Shown here one piece after another: positions 39,438 to 49,298 of a stretch of DNA of 64,000 nucleotides (its first letter is position 1; each line of letters starts with the position of its first letter). The DNA lies in the NCBI GenBank assembly GCA_963729895.1, contig CAVSQB010000014.1, positions 11,002 through 75,001 on the forward strand, read 5' to 3'. The notes under the pieces were generated by a model. The model was not told where the DNA came from and searched no databases. It was given only the letters and a program-made list of their open reading frames with translations. Made by a program: the position numbers and the translations under genes. This DNA comes from an uncultured Fibrobacterota bacterium. Lineage in GTDB: Bacteria; Fibrobacterota; Chitinivibrionia; Chitinivibrionales; FEN-1185.

Positions 39438-40195
39438 GCTGCACGCTCCTTCCCCGTTTCATCCGTTACACAATAATGTGTCTCAGAAGTGTTACACATA
39501 TGAGTTATTATGCGTTGTGGGCGCACCCACGGAAGGAAGGTGTAGCCATTGGCGCACGCAGTGAAGGTTCCGCGTTTTCCGTGTGTCATTCTTATGAGTT
39601 CTTTTTCTTCCAGCATATTGAGTGCTCTTAGAATACTCATGAGATCAAGGTTATGGTGGAATTCTTCTAAAACGCGCGATTGCAAAGTGCGCAACCCCAC
39701 AAAGATTATCTTGCGTGCGTTCTTCTCTTTTTGAATTGCATATAGAATTTTTATTAAGCAAGCCATAAGATAGCCATGAGGCATACACTCAGTCATCAAA
39801 TAGCTATCTGCGTCTTGAAGGGAAAAAGGCAATTCTATTTCACCTTGGTAGGATGTTTCTTGAAAACCGCAACCACCGAAAAGGCAATATTCGGTAAGTG
39901 CCTTGCAGGACATTTTACAATCGTGCTTAAAAAACCAATCCACATAATCACATAGCTTTCGCCTTGCATCGCCTTCTGTAAATCTCTTGTGGTTTCTCTG
40001 GTTCCAATCCATGAGGACGCTTTTGATTTCGGCGCGGTCAATGGTGATCCGGTTCAGTTCGTAGATGATTGCCTGGCGCATTTTGCGAAAATGGTCTTCA
40101 TCGCTTGAACCATTTATGAGGGCTCCGGCAACACACGGCCGCATTTTAGATAATTTGTCGTCTGAAATCCTTGTCTCCACAATTCCTCCCTGCAT
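39434..40195 (-). CDS. Putative replication protein: PriCT/PriL-like N-domain plus winged HTH
   Basis: RPC...VLMDWNQRN...SCKALTEYCLFGGC; C-terminal GLRTL...ILRALNMLEEKELI; translationally coupled to xis. Confidence 0.5.
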   Translation of the reverse strand: MQGGIVETRISDDKLSKMRPCVAGALINGSSDEDHFRKMRQAIIYELNRITIDRAEIKSVLMDWNQRNHKRFTEGDARRKLCDYVDWFFKHDCKMSCKALTEYCLFGGCGFQETSYQGEIELPFSLQDADSYLMTECMPHGYLMACLIKILYAIQKEKNARKIIFVGLRTLQSRVLEEFHHNLDLMSILRALNMLEEKELIRMTHGKRGTFTACANGYTFLPWVRPQRIITHMCNTSETHYCVTDETGKERAA

Positions 40196-40244
40196 AGGAA
40201 ACCGCGAAGCTGGTGGTGCAGGCCGCCATTTTCTCCCTTGTGAG

Positions 40245-40451
40245 CTATGCCGGAATGAAACGCGCTACCGTTTTGTTGTGTTCAGCGCGTGCCTGTTCTC
40301 GGGTGATGATCTCTCGAAGCCGCTTTTCTTCCGCCCCCCAGGGCACGAAACCGCAAATTCGGGAACTTAGTTGACTGTAGGTCATTCCAAGCTGTACGGC
40401 CACGGCACGCCGATCCAGTTTCAAGCGGAGAAGCTCAACGCGATAATCCAT
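40245..40451 (-). CDS. Small Cro/XRE-like HTH protein
   Basis: RRAVAVQLGMTYSQLSSRICG HTH pattern. Confidence 0.7.
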   Translation of the reverse strand: MDYRVELLRLKLDRRAVAVQLGMTYSQLSSRICGFVPWGAEEKRLREIITREQARAEHNKTVARFIPA

Positions 40452-40612
40452 AATACCCCCCAAAGAAATAATTTGGTCACATTTTTGCAAATCTACCTTT
40501 GGAATTTATTGAAAATATCAATTAGCCGCTTGTCAATATTATTGGCATAAAATAAAAAACCCCGCTTCTCATAGGAGAACCAGGGTAAAAGAATTTCCGT
40601 TTTGTGGTTGTT

Positions 40613-41080
40613 TTATGGTTGTTTTTCGGGAGGGCGTCCGATTGTGATTTTCAGCTTCATTTTGATGTTGTTATTCACGAAGATTTTGTTCCCTTCCTTA
40701 CGTTCGATGCCTTTTCCTAAGAATCTTTTTTTGACCTCTCTCTGCCATGAACGGAATGAGGCCTCTTTGAATCGTTTCTTATCCCTTTTATCTATTTCGA
40801 AGGTCTCACGGTATAGATGACGGTAGCTATCATAAAGCTTCCCCGGTGGACTTTTTTTTCTGTTTTCTATTGGCTTTGTGTCTTGTTGGAATCTTCTCAT
40901 TCGCTCCTTAAATTCCTTTTGTTTTCCTTCATCTTCTTCTAAATATTGCCGATTCGCTATCGTTTGGTGGTGGACATTACGTTCAATTCCGTTTTTATCT
41001 ACAAAATTTATTCTTCCCAGGGTATCAGAAGCAGGCTTTGCTGGTTCAACCGGAAGTCCAGAGGGATCGGATTCCTCCAT
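40613..41080 (-). CDS. Hypothetical Lys/Arg-rich protein
   Basis: GGAGAGG RBS; open low-GC frame. Confidence 0.55.
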   Translation of the reverse strand: MEESDPSGLPVEPAKPASDTLGRINFVDKNGIERNVHHQTIANRQYLEEDEGKQKEFKERMRRFQQDTKPIENRKKSPPGKLYDSYRHLYRETFEIDKRDKKRFKEASFRSWQREVKKRFLGKGIERKEGNKIFVNNNIKMKLKITIGRPPEKQP

Positions 41081-41193
41081 GAACAACCTCTCCGCTAAGG
41101 TCTATCCGCACAGTTGGAAAGGGAAAGAAAACCGTGCGGAAGTCCGGTCTTTCAGGCGCGACCCTATCTTTCCCTGTCAGAGAAAATAATTTC

Positions 41194-41504
41194 CTAACGC
41201 GCGACAATGATTCTCTGTTGCTTTATCCCCCTTGTTCCGTCTGTTATTTCTAGCACATATAAACCGTTTGATACCTCTTTCCCGAACCCATCCCTATAAT
41301 TCCAGCGGATAGCATTACCCTCGAAGGCTGAGGCTTTCATTTTGGCTACCATCTGACCTCTTACCGAAAATATGGTGACGCTGAGGTCTTGTCCGTGGTA
41401 TCCAGCGAACGAAATGATACATCCGTTGGCCGATCTTGTTACGCTTATGGACGGCTCAGCCGATGGTGCGGCGCGTTCGATAATTTTTGTTACCTTGATG
41501 TCCA
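41194..41504 (-). pseudogene. C-terminal FlgD/T9SS-like sorting-domain fragment truncated by IS3
   Basis: VTIFSVRGQMV...WNYRDGFGKEVSNGLYVL motif; its ATG is partly supplied by the IS end. Confidence 0.7.
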
Positions 41505-41507
41505 TGG

Positions 41508-42365
41508 CTATACCCCAATTACTTTCTCAGTCGAAATGGGAGTTTTCTCTTTGAATTGACCTCTGTATTCTTCAGGTGTTTTCCCCTTTAGTGATCCGTG
41601 TGGCCGTATCCGGTTGTAAATGTTCTTCCAATGTTCGATTATTCTTTCTGCGTCCTCTAATGAGATGAACCAGTTTTCATTCAAGCATTGGTCCCTGAAT
41701 ATCGAATTGAATGATTCTACAAAAGCATTCTGGCTGGGCTTGCCGGGCTGAATGAATTCCTGCCTTACCTGGTTTCGTATTGCCCAGAGCATGAGTTCTT
41801 TGCTCCGGAATTCCGGGCCGTTATCAGTCAACAGAGCTTCCGGCTTTCCGTACCTGGCCACCAGGTGGTCTAGAACTTGGCAGACTCCTAGTGCTGGAAT
41901 AGAACGTGCTACCTTGATTGCAAGAGCCTCACGGGTGCAGTCATCGACAACATTCAGGCATTTCAGCTTGCGCTTGTCGGAAGTACTGTCGAATATGAAA
42001 TCCATTGACCAGCGACGGCTTGGCCGATCCGGCAGCGTCAACGGCATCCGTTGGCTATTGCGTTTCTGACGCCTCCTCCGCTTGCTTTTCTGAAGCGATT
42101 CTTCCTTGTAGAGCCGATGCACACGTTTGTGATTTACTATGTACCCAAGGTTGCGGAGATACCAATAAAGCGTCGGAAAGCCCCATGAACGGAACGATGA
42201 AATGGTTTCATGCATTTTTGTTTTCAACTCGCTGTTCAAAGCCGATTCCTGCGGTCGATAGCGGTACCCTGCCGGTGTCATACCCAGAAGTCCGCATGCT
42301 TTCCGTTGACTCAGGCCTTGCCGCATTAGTGCGTCCACAGTCAGCCTACGCTGAGGACGCTTCAC
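41508..42365 (-). CDS. IS3 transposase OrfB (DDE)
   Basis: WSMDF, DNGPEF and QNAFVESFN motifs; in the -1 frame relative to orfA (TAGTG overlap). Confidence 0.95.
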   Translation of the reverse strand: MKRPQRRLTVDALMRQGLSQRKACGLLGMTPAGYRYRPQESALNSELKTKMHETISSFRSWGFPTLYWYLRNLGYIVNHKRVHRLYKEESLQKSKRRRRQKRNSQRMPLTLPDRPSRRWSMDFIFDSTSDKRKLKCLNVVDDCTREALAIKVARSIPALGVCQVLDHLVARYGKPEALLTDNGPEFRSKELMLWAIRNQVRQEFIQPGKPSQNAFVESFNSIFRDQCLNENWFISLEDAERIIEHWKNIYNRIRPHGSLKGKTPEEYRGQFKEKTPISTEKVIGV

Positions 42366-42628
42366 TATTTTCTTTGCAGCACTTCCTTCATTGCATCGAT
42401 CTGAAGTGCCTGGTCTGCAACAATCCGCTTGAGCCGGCTGTTTTCGCCCTCGATCTCCTTCATCCTTTTCAGATCAGAGAGCTCAAGTCCGCTGTATTTG
42501 CTCTTCCAACGGAAGTACGTGTTCTCTGAAATACCATATTGACGACAAAGATCAGCGACTTTGGCTCCGCGGTCGCCCTCTTGCAGGATCCGAAAAATCT
42601 GCTCTTCACTGTAGCGCTTGCCTTTCAT
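42365..42628 (-). CDS. IS3 transposase OrfA (HTH)
   Basis: RYSEEQI...LCRQYGIS..TY.RWKSKY...EN.RLK pattern. Confidence 0.95.
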   Translation of the reverse strand: MKGKRYSEEQIFRILQEGDRGAKVADLCRQYGISENTYFRWKSKYSGLELSDLKRMKEIEGENSRLKRIVADQALQIDAMKEVLQRK

Positions 42629-42763
42629 GAGTCCTCCTAGTTAGTTTAAAATAACTCGGAAAACTCCCTTCTCAAATGAGCAAGTTTTCGGGGGTATAGC
42701 CACTAGCAATTTTGCAAATGCGCATTGTCTCAAGAGAACAAGATTGTTCCATTGGTTGCCCAA

Positions 42764-44431
42764 TCAGAAGTACAGACCGCCGTACACTTGGAATATGGAC
42801 GCGCCTCGAAAATCGTAATCGTACTTTACATTGACACGAAAAAGACCGAATTGGTCCAATTTCCAGTACACTCCCAGCCGGGTTACAGTCTGGGTTCCGG
42901 GCCCCAGGAACACTTTTTTGGGAGAATCGGGATGCGCGGAACCCGAGTCCTGGAACACGTCGCGAATGGAGCCGCCACGCGCACTCGGATCGGTCCGCTC
43001 GTTTGTGAACTCAAGCCCCACCGTGCTCTTCCTTGTGATTCTTCCCTCCAACAGCAGCCACAGGAGGTCGAAATCCGGGCCAAGGGGTGCTCCAAGACAC
43101 ACGTTGTAGTTGTCATAGCGCTCGGCGCCGCCGTAAAAATGTGTGTAGACCCACGGCTCAACACGGCTGTATTCGACCGATGCGGTCACATCGCGCTCGA
43201 AGGCCGTTCCGAAATATTGGCACCCGAAGGTGCCCGCAAGTTTGTTTCCCCAGTCATTGCTGAACATGGTCCACGGCGCGGTCATGTCGTCGATGAACCA
43301 TTCAAAGTACCACCGGAAATTGTCCGGAAGAGAAAGATTGAAATCGAGCGAGATGTTCTTGTTGTCTCGAAGCCCGCCTATCAGGTGCTCAACCGCAAGG
43401 TATGGCACAAAGGGAATCATGTACGGGATTTCCCAATCCCGGCTTTGGCCGTAGTAGGACGGTTGAAGCGCGTTCGCAGAGTCGGGCCTGGTGTCCGGTT
43501 CGTCCGTTGTGCTTCCGCTGATAACGTTCTCGGTCAACCCGATATCAAAACGCGATGAAAAAAGCGGTATGTCGATCCGATGCATGTAAAAATATTTTGC
43601 CTTGTCAACTTCGCTCTGAAGTAAACCGAATGCCTGCACGTAGGTGAGTATGCCGAACGCAACTTGACCCCTCACATACGTTTCCGGCGGGGCAAAGCCC
43701 GAAAAGGTCAAGGGACTTTCGACGCTGGGACCGTCTTTGAGCCGGTCTACCGATGCTTCGAGCCGGATCGGTCCCTGCATAAAGTTTACTCCGCCGCGGG
43801 GAATATCTGAGGAACGGACATGGCTTGAATCGGCACGGCCATACAGATTATACGGCACGCCGTCATACGGCTGATAAGAGCTTTGATGATACATCGTGTC
43901 GGAACGGTAATCGGTCCACACATCAAGGTTGCCATAAAAGGAAAGGTTTGCCACGTTCGCATAGAGCGACGGACTGGCGGTCCCCCGAACGAATCCCGCC
44001 GACTTATCTCCAAAGGAGGCGCTGTTTGTGTCGGTCAAAGCCAGCCGGACGTTCACATGCGCATCTTGCCGCTTCGATTTCCATTTGAACAAACCGTAAT
44101 CCGCCGAAACCTGCCTGCGCAGGTCGTTGGCGTCGGCGGTCTCGGACGGACTGAGCCGGCCTGCCCTGCCGAGGGAATCGGCTTTGTCAAGAAACCCGAG
44201 GACATCGCAGACCGTCATGGGCTGGGCAAAAAACGCCGGCGGCGGGGGAACGTGGTAACGCGAGGAAATGCGGTAGAAAAAGGCATCAATGGTCGGATCA
44301 TTCTTCACGTTCGGGCAGTATTCAGCAAGAACAGTAACTGCCACAAAAACGGCAAACAGGAAAGCAGGATGCCACCCCACATTCCGTTTTCGCGAACGCG
44401 GTTTGGAGTTCAGCGGGAACAATTCTTTCAT
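42764..44431 (-). CDS. Outer-membrane beta-barrel protein, capsule-assembly Wzi-like
   Basis: Signal segment, helical N-domain, HRID, DNKNISLD, WFIDD, EYSRV..WVYTH, LGAPLGPD, terminal Phe. Confidence 0.65.
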   Translation of the reverse strand: MKELFPLNSKPRSRKRNVGWHPAFLFAVFVAVTVLAEYCPNVKNDPTIDAFFYRISSRYHVPPPPAFFAQPMTVCDVLGFLDKADSLGRAGRLSPSETADANDLRRQVSADYGLFKWKSKRQDAHVNVRLALTDTNSASFGDKSAGFVRGTASPSLYANVANLSFYGNLDVWTDYRSDTMYHQSSYQPYDGVPYNLYGRADSSHVRSSDIPRGGVNFMQGPIRLEASVDRLKDGPSVESPLTFSGFAPPETYVRGQVAFGILTYVQAFGLLQSEVDKAKYFYMHRIDIPLFSSRFDIGLTENVISGSTTDEPDTRPDSANALQPSYYGQSRDWEIPYMIPFVPYLAVEHLIGGLRDNKNISLDFNLSLPDNFRWYFEWFIDDMTAPWTMFSNDWGNKLAGTFGCQYFGTAFERDVTASVEYSRVEPWVYTHFYGGAERYDNYNVCLGAPLGPDFDLLWLLLEGRITRKSTVGLEFTNERTDPSARGGSIRDVFQDSGSAHPDSPKKVFLGPGTQTVTRLGVYWKLDQFGLFRVNVKYDYDFRGASIFQVYGGLYF

Positions 44432-44752
44432 GCTTCACTTCGCTCCGGAATACCTACGGCCGTTTTATCCTGCAAGGCCTCTGGCTCCATTGAAAATAAT
44501 TGGTGGAACGACCCCCGTTTTGCCACCCGGTCTGGAGAATCTCTTCGACAATGCCTCAACCGGGCCTCCGATTGCCGGAACCGCCTCGAATACAGGCCTG
44601 GCTGGAATTTCATGGTAACCATGCCAAATATTATTGATCTAATATATTGTGGATGGGGACAAATATTATTTTAGAATACATTTGACCGAGGTCTGGAGCT
44701 TGCGTTGGTTGCGGGAAGGGTCTTCTCAAATAAATTTTCGAGGGAGGTTCCT

Positions 44753-45343
44753 ATGATTCTTTTCAAAACAAATTTTAGAGCCGGAATTCTTACCAACATG
44801 TTCAGGGGAGCGGTTCTTCTCATTGCGTTCGGATTTCAAGCAGGATTTTGTCAGAATAACGTTTGCGCCGTGCATGTCGACGCCAATGGCGTAATGACTT
44901 CCATGACCGTTACCAATCCTCTCACATCACTGCAAATCGAAAAAGAATTCAATTTTGATGTTGACAACCAAGGCAATCCTACAAAAGGGATCGTCACGTT
45001 TAAGAAAAGCATGTATTACGGGGAAGTCCAACGCGACCTTAAAGCCCCTATGGAGCTGAACCTCATGTGGGAGCAGTTCGGAGGACCCCAGGAATTTTGG
45101 AACAATGCGGAAAAAAACGGGAAAATCATTTCGTACACTTCCATGGAAAATCTTCCGAATGAGGTTTACGGCAAGAAAGTGCGTCTGTTTCTTAAAGACC
45201 CTTCGACGGCGCATATGACGGACTATTTTGGGATTTTGTCACTGTCGGCTTCCCATCCCGAACGAGTCATGCTCAATACGGGCGGGGCGCAACCGCTGCA
45301 ATTAGACAAAACACTTATCCGTGAAATCCAGCGGCTTAAGTAA
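44753..45343 (+). CDS. Secreted hypothetical protein, paralogue 1 of a local family
   Basis: GGAGG RBS, signal peptide; aligns by eye with 45723-46292 and 59945-60508. Confidence 0.8.
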   Translation: MILFKTNFRAGILTNMFRGAVLLIAFGFQAGFCQNNVCAVHVDANGVMTSMTVTNPLTSLQIEKEFNFDVDNQGNPTKGIVTFKKSMYYGEVQRDLKAPMELNLMWEQFGGPQEFWNNAEKNGKIISYTSMENLPNEVYGKKVRLFLKDPSTAHMTDYFGILSLSASHPERVMLNTGGAQPLQLDKTLIREIQRLK

Positions 45344-45368
45344 ACTCTCACCAAGGTTGAGGGGTTTT

Positions 45369-45494
45369 ATGAATTTTTACAAGCTTGCCTTCACTGCGGT
45401 GGCGATTCCTGCTTTGTTCCTCGGCGTAAATGCCGCAATCCCGACCGGTTATCTCTGGATCATGACCGAATCGCGGTTCCTCTTTACACGGTAA
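45369..45494 (+). pseudogene. Truncated gene remnant (signal peptide only)
   Basis: GAGGGG RBS; MNFYKLAFTAVAIPALFLGVNAAIPTGY... stops after 41 aa, just before a long hairpin at 45507-45546. Confidence 0.45.
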
Positions 45495-45722
45495 TGACGA
45501 TCTCAAAGTGACAGGGAGGGCAGATCAAAGATCTCTTCCTGTCACTCTTCCCGCCGGAATTTTCGAACACCGATAGAAATGCCGTTAAACACAGACTGGT
45601 GCGCGTCCAAGAAATTAGCTTAGAAACCGGAAAAACGCGAAACCTTTTCGAGTCAGGTGCCGTCCAACATAAGAGCATCAAGCAATCTCTGCTGAAAAAA
45701 GACCTCAATCAAGGGAGCTCTT

Positions 45723-46292
45723 GTGCCATGCGCTGGTTTTAACCAGGTGACAAGGATAGCTGCAATAGCGCTGCTCACTTTACTTTCAGGATATTCACGT
45801 GCAGGACAAATTAACCTAAATGGGTGGGAGATTGCAACAGACACGCAGGGAACAATTACTTCAATGACATTCCGGAAACCCCAAACAACCCTAAAAATCG
45901 AATCGTTCCTCACCTTTGTGCTTGGAGACGGTTCCATTCCTCACAACGGGTCCATTTTGTTTTTGAATGGCTATAGTCGAAAGATGTTGAGCGGAGGCCG
46001 TAAAGGGGGTGAGGTGAAGTACTACTGGGACTTGTGCAATGGATTTCAAACGGTATGGGAGTACTATCGCTCCATCAATCGTGTGAGCACGCTCAAAGAC
46101 AATGATTGGCAGAACTTTCTAGGCCGATTTTGCCGCATTGAAACCGCAAACGGGGATAAGTTCTTCGGCATAGTTTCGGCGCACGGCTTGCACGATACGA
46201 TCTTCGTTACCATAGACAATGCGCAAGCCGGTCCGATTCCATTACTCGCGAAGGATTGTCGGTCAATTCAGCGTCTGATCATTATCCGCTAG
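45723..46292 (+). CDS. Secreted hypothetical protein, paralogue 2 (start possibly 45747)
   Basis: Signal peptide ending SRA; D..G.ITSMT..P.T.LKIE and IQRL motifs shared with the paralogues. Confidence 0.75.
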   Translation: MPCAGFNQVTRIAAIALLTLLSGYSRAGQINLNGWEIATDTQGTITSMTFRKPQTTLKIESFLTFVLGDGSIPHNGSILFLNGYSRKMLSGGRKGGEVKYYWDLCNGFQTVWEYYRSINRVSTLKDNDWQNFLGRFCRIETANGDKFFGIVSAHGLHDTIFVTIDNAQAGPIPLLAKDCRSIQRLIIIR

Positions 46293-46516
46293 TCTGCATC
46301 ACAAGGTCTTGGAAAGCGATCTCGCGTGATCTTGATGTCTGCCTTGTATTCCCTGTCAACAATGAAAATCTTGACATTTGCTTCGAGGTCCTCATTGACG
46401 AGTTCTCCACCGGCAATAATCTGCGCATTCATCTCCTTGTAGGGTTGGTCCACAAAACAGACCTTGTAGTCCGCCTTGTAATGCTGGTCAACGATAAATA
46501 CCTTCGCCATTGCCAT
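46289..46516 (-). CDS. DUF6150-like small repeat protein
   Basis: Repeated KVF.VD..YKAD units; AAGGAG RBS. Confidence 0.7.
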   Translation of the reverse strand: MAMAKVFIVDQHYKADYKVCFVDQPYKEMNAQIIAGGELVNEDLEANVKIFIVDREYKADIKITRDRFPRPCDAD

Positions 46517-46603
46517 GCCGATGCTCCTTTTGTTGCAGGGCGCGATCATTCCTTCGGAAAGGACATCGCGGCAACACGTTCCGGCTCGCCGTTCCTGGTG
46601 TTC

Positions 46604-47092
46604 TCATTTGTTCTTGAAGTCGTAGACAATATATTCGGGAGGAACTCGAAAAGAGCCGTCAGGATTCTTGTGTCCCGTAAAATTCGGCGGCAATCGCTGA
46701 GCATAGGCAGCGGGAAGAATACCGTAATATCTGAATTGCGCCGACACGAATGTGCAGGTACTTGTTCCCGTTATTTGTTGCACTCCGCTAAAAGTGAATA
46801 GGCTTTTGTTCGGCAGCGTGAAATGATACGGTATCTTGACTACTGCTGTGTCAATCGCATACGGCAATTCCCTGCCGGGTTGAACATAGAGAGCCAGCGA
46901 TAGTGATCCATAACATTTTGCGTCAGCGTCAACGTGAAAATTCCTGGTTGAACAATTGTTGGAATCTGTATTTAGGACTGCAACGGTAACCACCATTCCA
47001 TAGGTGGGTTGTGCACGGAACGTGGAATCCGAATCATTTGATTGAGCAACGGCACAAGAAACCAGCACAAGAACAAAATGCAATTTCTTCAT
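46604..47092 (-). CDS. Secreted hypothetical protein
   Basis: AAGGAG RBS; MKK signal peptide. Confidence 0.7.
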   Translation of the reverse strand: MKKLHFVLVLVSCAVAQSNDSDSTFRAQPTYGMVVTVAVLNTDSNNCSTRNFHVDADAKCYGSLSLALYVQPGRELPYAIDTAVVKIPYHFTLPNKSLFTFSGVQQITGTSTCTFVSAQFRYYGILPAAYAQRLPPNFTGHKNPDGSFRVPPEYIVYDFKNK

Positions 47093-47143
47093 GCAGCTCG
47101 CTCCTTTTCGTCACGAACAAGACTCCTGCGCGTCACCTTGCAA

Positions 47144-47806
47144 TCAATCGCGGACACACCGGATACTAAAACCGTAGTTCTCATAATAGTCGCGGCGGAA
47201 AACATCGGCGTTGCTGTAGTACATGCTGCGGAACCACGAAAAGGTCGTGTCGCTTGCCGTAGACGACCACCAGCCGCCGTAACCGCGAACGTAATGGAAT
47301 GTGCCGTCATACCCGCGGTAACCGGCCGGGAGCGCGGAAAATCCGGCTGAATTTGTGGCGCCGGTGTTGGGAGTTATCCAATGTTTCGTGCCGGCCTCCT
47401 TCAACTTGCCGCCTGCCACGGCTTCACCGCCAAGGAATGAGGTAAGTGTGCTCCATTCCTGGTCTGTCGGTACGTGCCAGCCTTTGGGAGCAAGCCTCTT
47501 TGTATCCACGGCGTACCAGTTGTAGAGCGCCCCGAATTTTTTGATAGTGTCGCCATCGGTCGTGTTGTTGTAATAGCAGTATCCGGGACCAGTAAGATTC
47601 CCCCATGCCGCGCTGTCTTTTGCAAGAGGAATAGACGAGCCGTCATTATACTTGGTTGTTCTCAAGTTCTCCGCTGTCCAGACCTGGCCTCCTATTTTTA
47701 CGGTATGGTATATATTTCCATCAGCATCCATTACCGTATCGCCGCTTTGCGCCATGCACACCGATACTGCCAATAAACCTGGCAATAACAAGTTAAAAAT
47801 ATTCAT
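47144..47806 (-). CDS. Fibrobacter succinogenes major paralogous domain protein (Fib_succ_major)
   Basis: DADGNIYHTVKIGGQVWTAENL, GALYNW, PKGWHVPT, GFSALPAG, WWSST and GFSIRCVRD motifs. Confidence 0.92.
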   Translation of the reverse strand: MNIFNLLLPGLLAVSVCMAQSGDTVMDADGNIYHTVKIGGQVWTAENLRTTKYNDGSSIPLAKDSAAWGNLTGPGYCYYNNTTDGDTIKKFGALYNWYAVDTKRLAPKGWHVPTDQEWSTLTSFLGGEAVAGGKLKEAGTKHWITPNTGATNSAGFSALPAGYRGYDGTFHYVRGYGGWWSSTASDTTFSWFRSMYYSNADVFRRDYYENYGFSIRCVRD

Positions 47807-48357
47807 GGAATACCTTCTTCTTGTGTCATTACTGAGTCTCTGGAGCAAAAGTCCCCTCCGGGAACTCGTTTGCTTTCATGCCTTTACTGTGTTTGACGAA
47901 AGAATTGACCCGCCGGTTTCCGTTTTTCTTGTCAATTGCATGAACTCGCGCAACGACCGCTTTTCCTTACCCATGACTCACGCCTACAACACTTCCCCCT
48001 CCAAAGAAGGACGCAATTGTGGTGCCTATGTATTCGGAAACAAGGGGAACCAATCCCATAAAGCCTTTGGTTGAACAGCAATGACCTTCCTGTTGCGATT
48101 GAAGTTTGGTGTGAAGAACCCCCGCGCCACCACGACTATACCTGCATACAACCCTACAGGAGTAGCCGCGCAAGCGAACTCACGGGGAATGGCGGGCTGT
48201 GGCATTCAATTTGCGGCATTTGTATTCGTTGGACGGCACCTGCGATTGCAACGACGCGCCGCTTGTATCGAACGCAAGAATTTCCGTGTGAGGCAATTAG
48301 TTGTTGTGAGGCTCGTCGCAGTACACGAATTCTTAACAAAAATCAGGAAGACCCGCA

Positions 48358-49245
48358 GTGGAAGAATGTTCCCCTCTCCAGTGGCTCGCTTTCGGGCTTC
48401 TTGTTCTCGCAGCGCCTCTTTGGGTGTCTGCAGAATCCCTCGACACGGGTGATGAGCCGGACAAAAGCGGCTACACTTTCTTGAATCGCACCCCGGTCGA
48501 GCAGATGCGCGAGTTATCTGCGGACAGGCCCGACAAGACGGATTGCCCTTTCACCGTGGACGCGGGACACTTCCAGGTGGAAATGGATTTTGCAAACCTC
48601 ACCTATGCTACGCCAAATTCCGTACGAGGCAATGTAAGGTCGGAAGGTTTTCAGATCGCGCCGATGAACCTCAAGGTCGGCATGGTTAACAATTTAGACT
48701 TCCAACTTGTTCTGATGCCCTACCAGTTGGAACTCACCAAGGACGAGGGCTCGGGCGCGGTCCAGCAAAAATCCGGTTTCGGCGACATTACTCCGCGTGT
48801 CAAGGTAAACCTCACCGGCAACGAAGGCGGTTTTTTTTCTCTGGCGCTTATTCCATTTGTGAAAATACCGACGAATCAGGACCACCTCGGCAACCGCGCG
48901 GTGGAAGGCGGATTGGGAATTCCCTTTGCCTTCGACGTCCCCGGTTGGGACGCGGGGTTTCAAACCACATTTAATTGTGTACAAAACGATGCAGGAAGCG
49001 GCTATCACGCCGAATTCGCCAACTCCGTCAGCGTCGGCCACGCCGTTATCGGCAATGTTTCATTTCATGGAGAGTTTTTCGGCAGCGTAAGTACCGAGGA
49101 GAATTCCCACTGGATCGGCACGTTCGACACTTGGTTTACGTATCAAGCCAACAAGAACCTTTGTCTTGACGCAGGGGTTTACATAGGCGCAACGCAGGCA
49201 GCCGATAACTGGCATCCGTGGGCAGGAATGACGTGGCGCGACTGA
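48358..49245 (+). CDS. Outer-membrane 'transporter' (MetA-pathway-of-phenol-degradation/SphA-like) beta-barrel
   Basis: LSADRPD...TVDAGHFQVE and SGFGDI motifs; C-terminal GMTWR. Confidence 0.8.
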   Translation: MEECSPLQWLAFGLLVLAAPLWVSAESLDTGDEPDKSGYTFLNRTPVEQMRELSADRPDKTDCPFTVDAGHFQVEMDFANLTYATPNSVRGNVRSEGFQIAPMNLKVGMVNNLDFQLVLMPYQLELTKDEGSGAVQQKSGFGDITPRVKVNLTGNEGGFFSLALIPFVKIPTNQDHLGNRAVEGGLGIPFAFDVPGWDAGFQTTFNCVQNDAGSGYHAEFANSVSVGHAVIGNVSFHGEFFGSVSTEENSHWIGTFDTWFTYQANKNLCLDAGVYIGATQAADNWHPWAGMTWRD

Positions 49246-49298
49246 TTGGAAGTAAGCAAGAATACGGCCCACCACGGAGTCGCCGCAATTCGGCCGGC

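Larger units (their letters stand above)
41505..42702 (-). mobile_element. IS3-family insertion sequence, copy 1 (1198 bp)
   Basis: Terminal IRs TGGCTATACCCC...GGGGTATAGCCA (TG...CA ends); orfA and orfB. Confidence 0.95.

Noticed and set aside
41055..41080. CCAGAGGGATCGG as the missing 3' half of tRNA-Arg
   Set aside because: No T-loop or acceptor complement follows, and it lies within a coding start.
47144..47300. Fib_succ_major C-terminus as a diversity-generating retroelement variable region
   Set aside because: No reverse transcriptase and no adenine-variant template repeat seen in the window; a remote DGR cannot be excluded.
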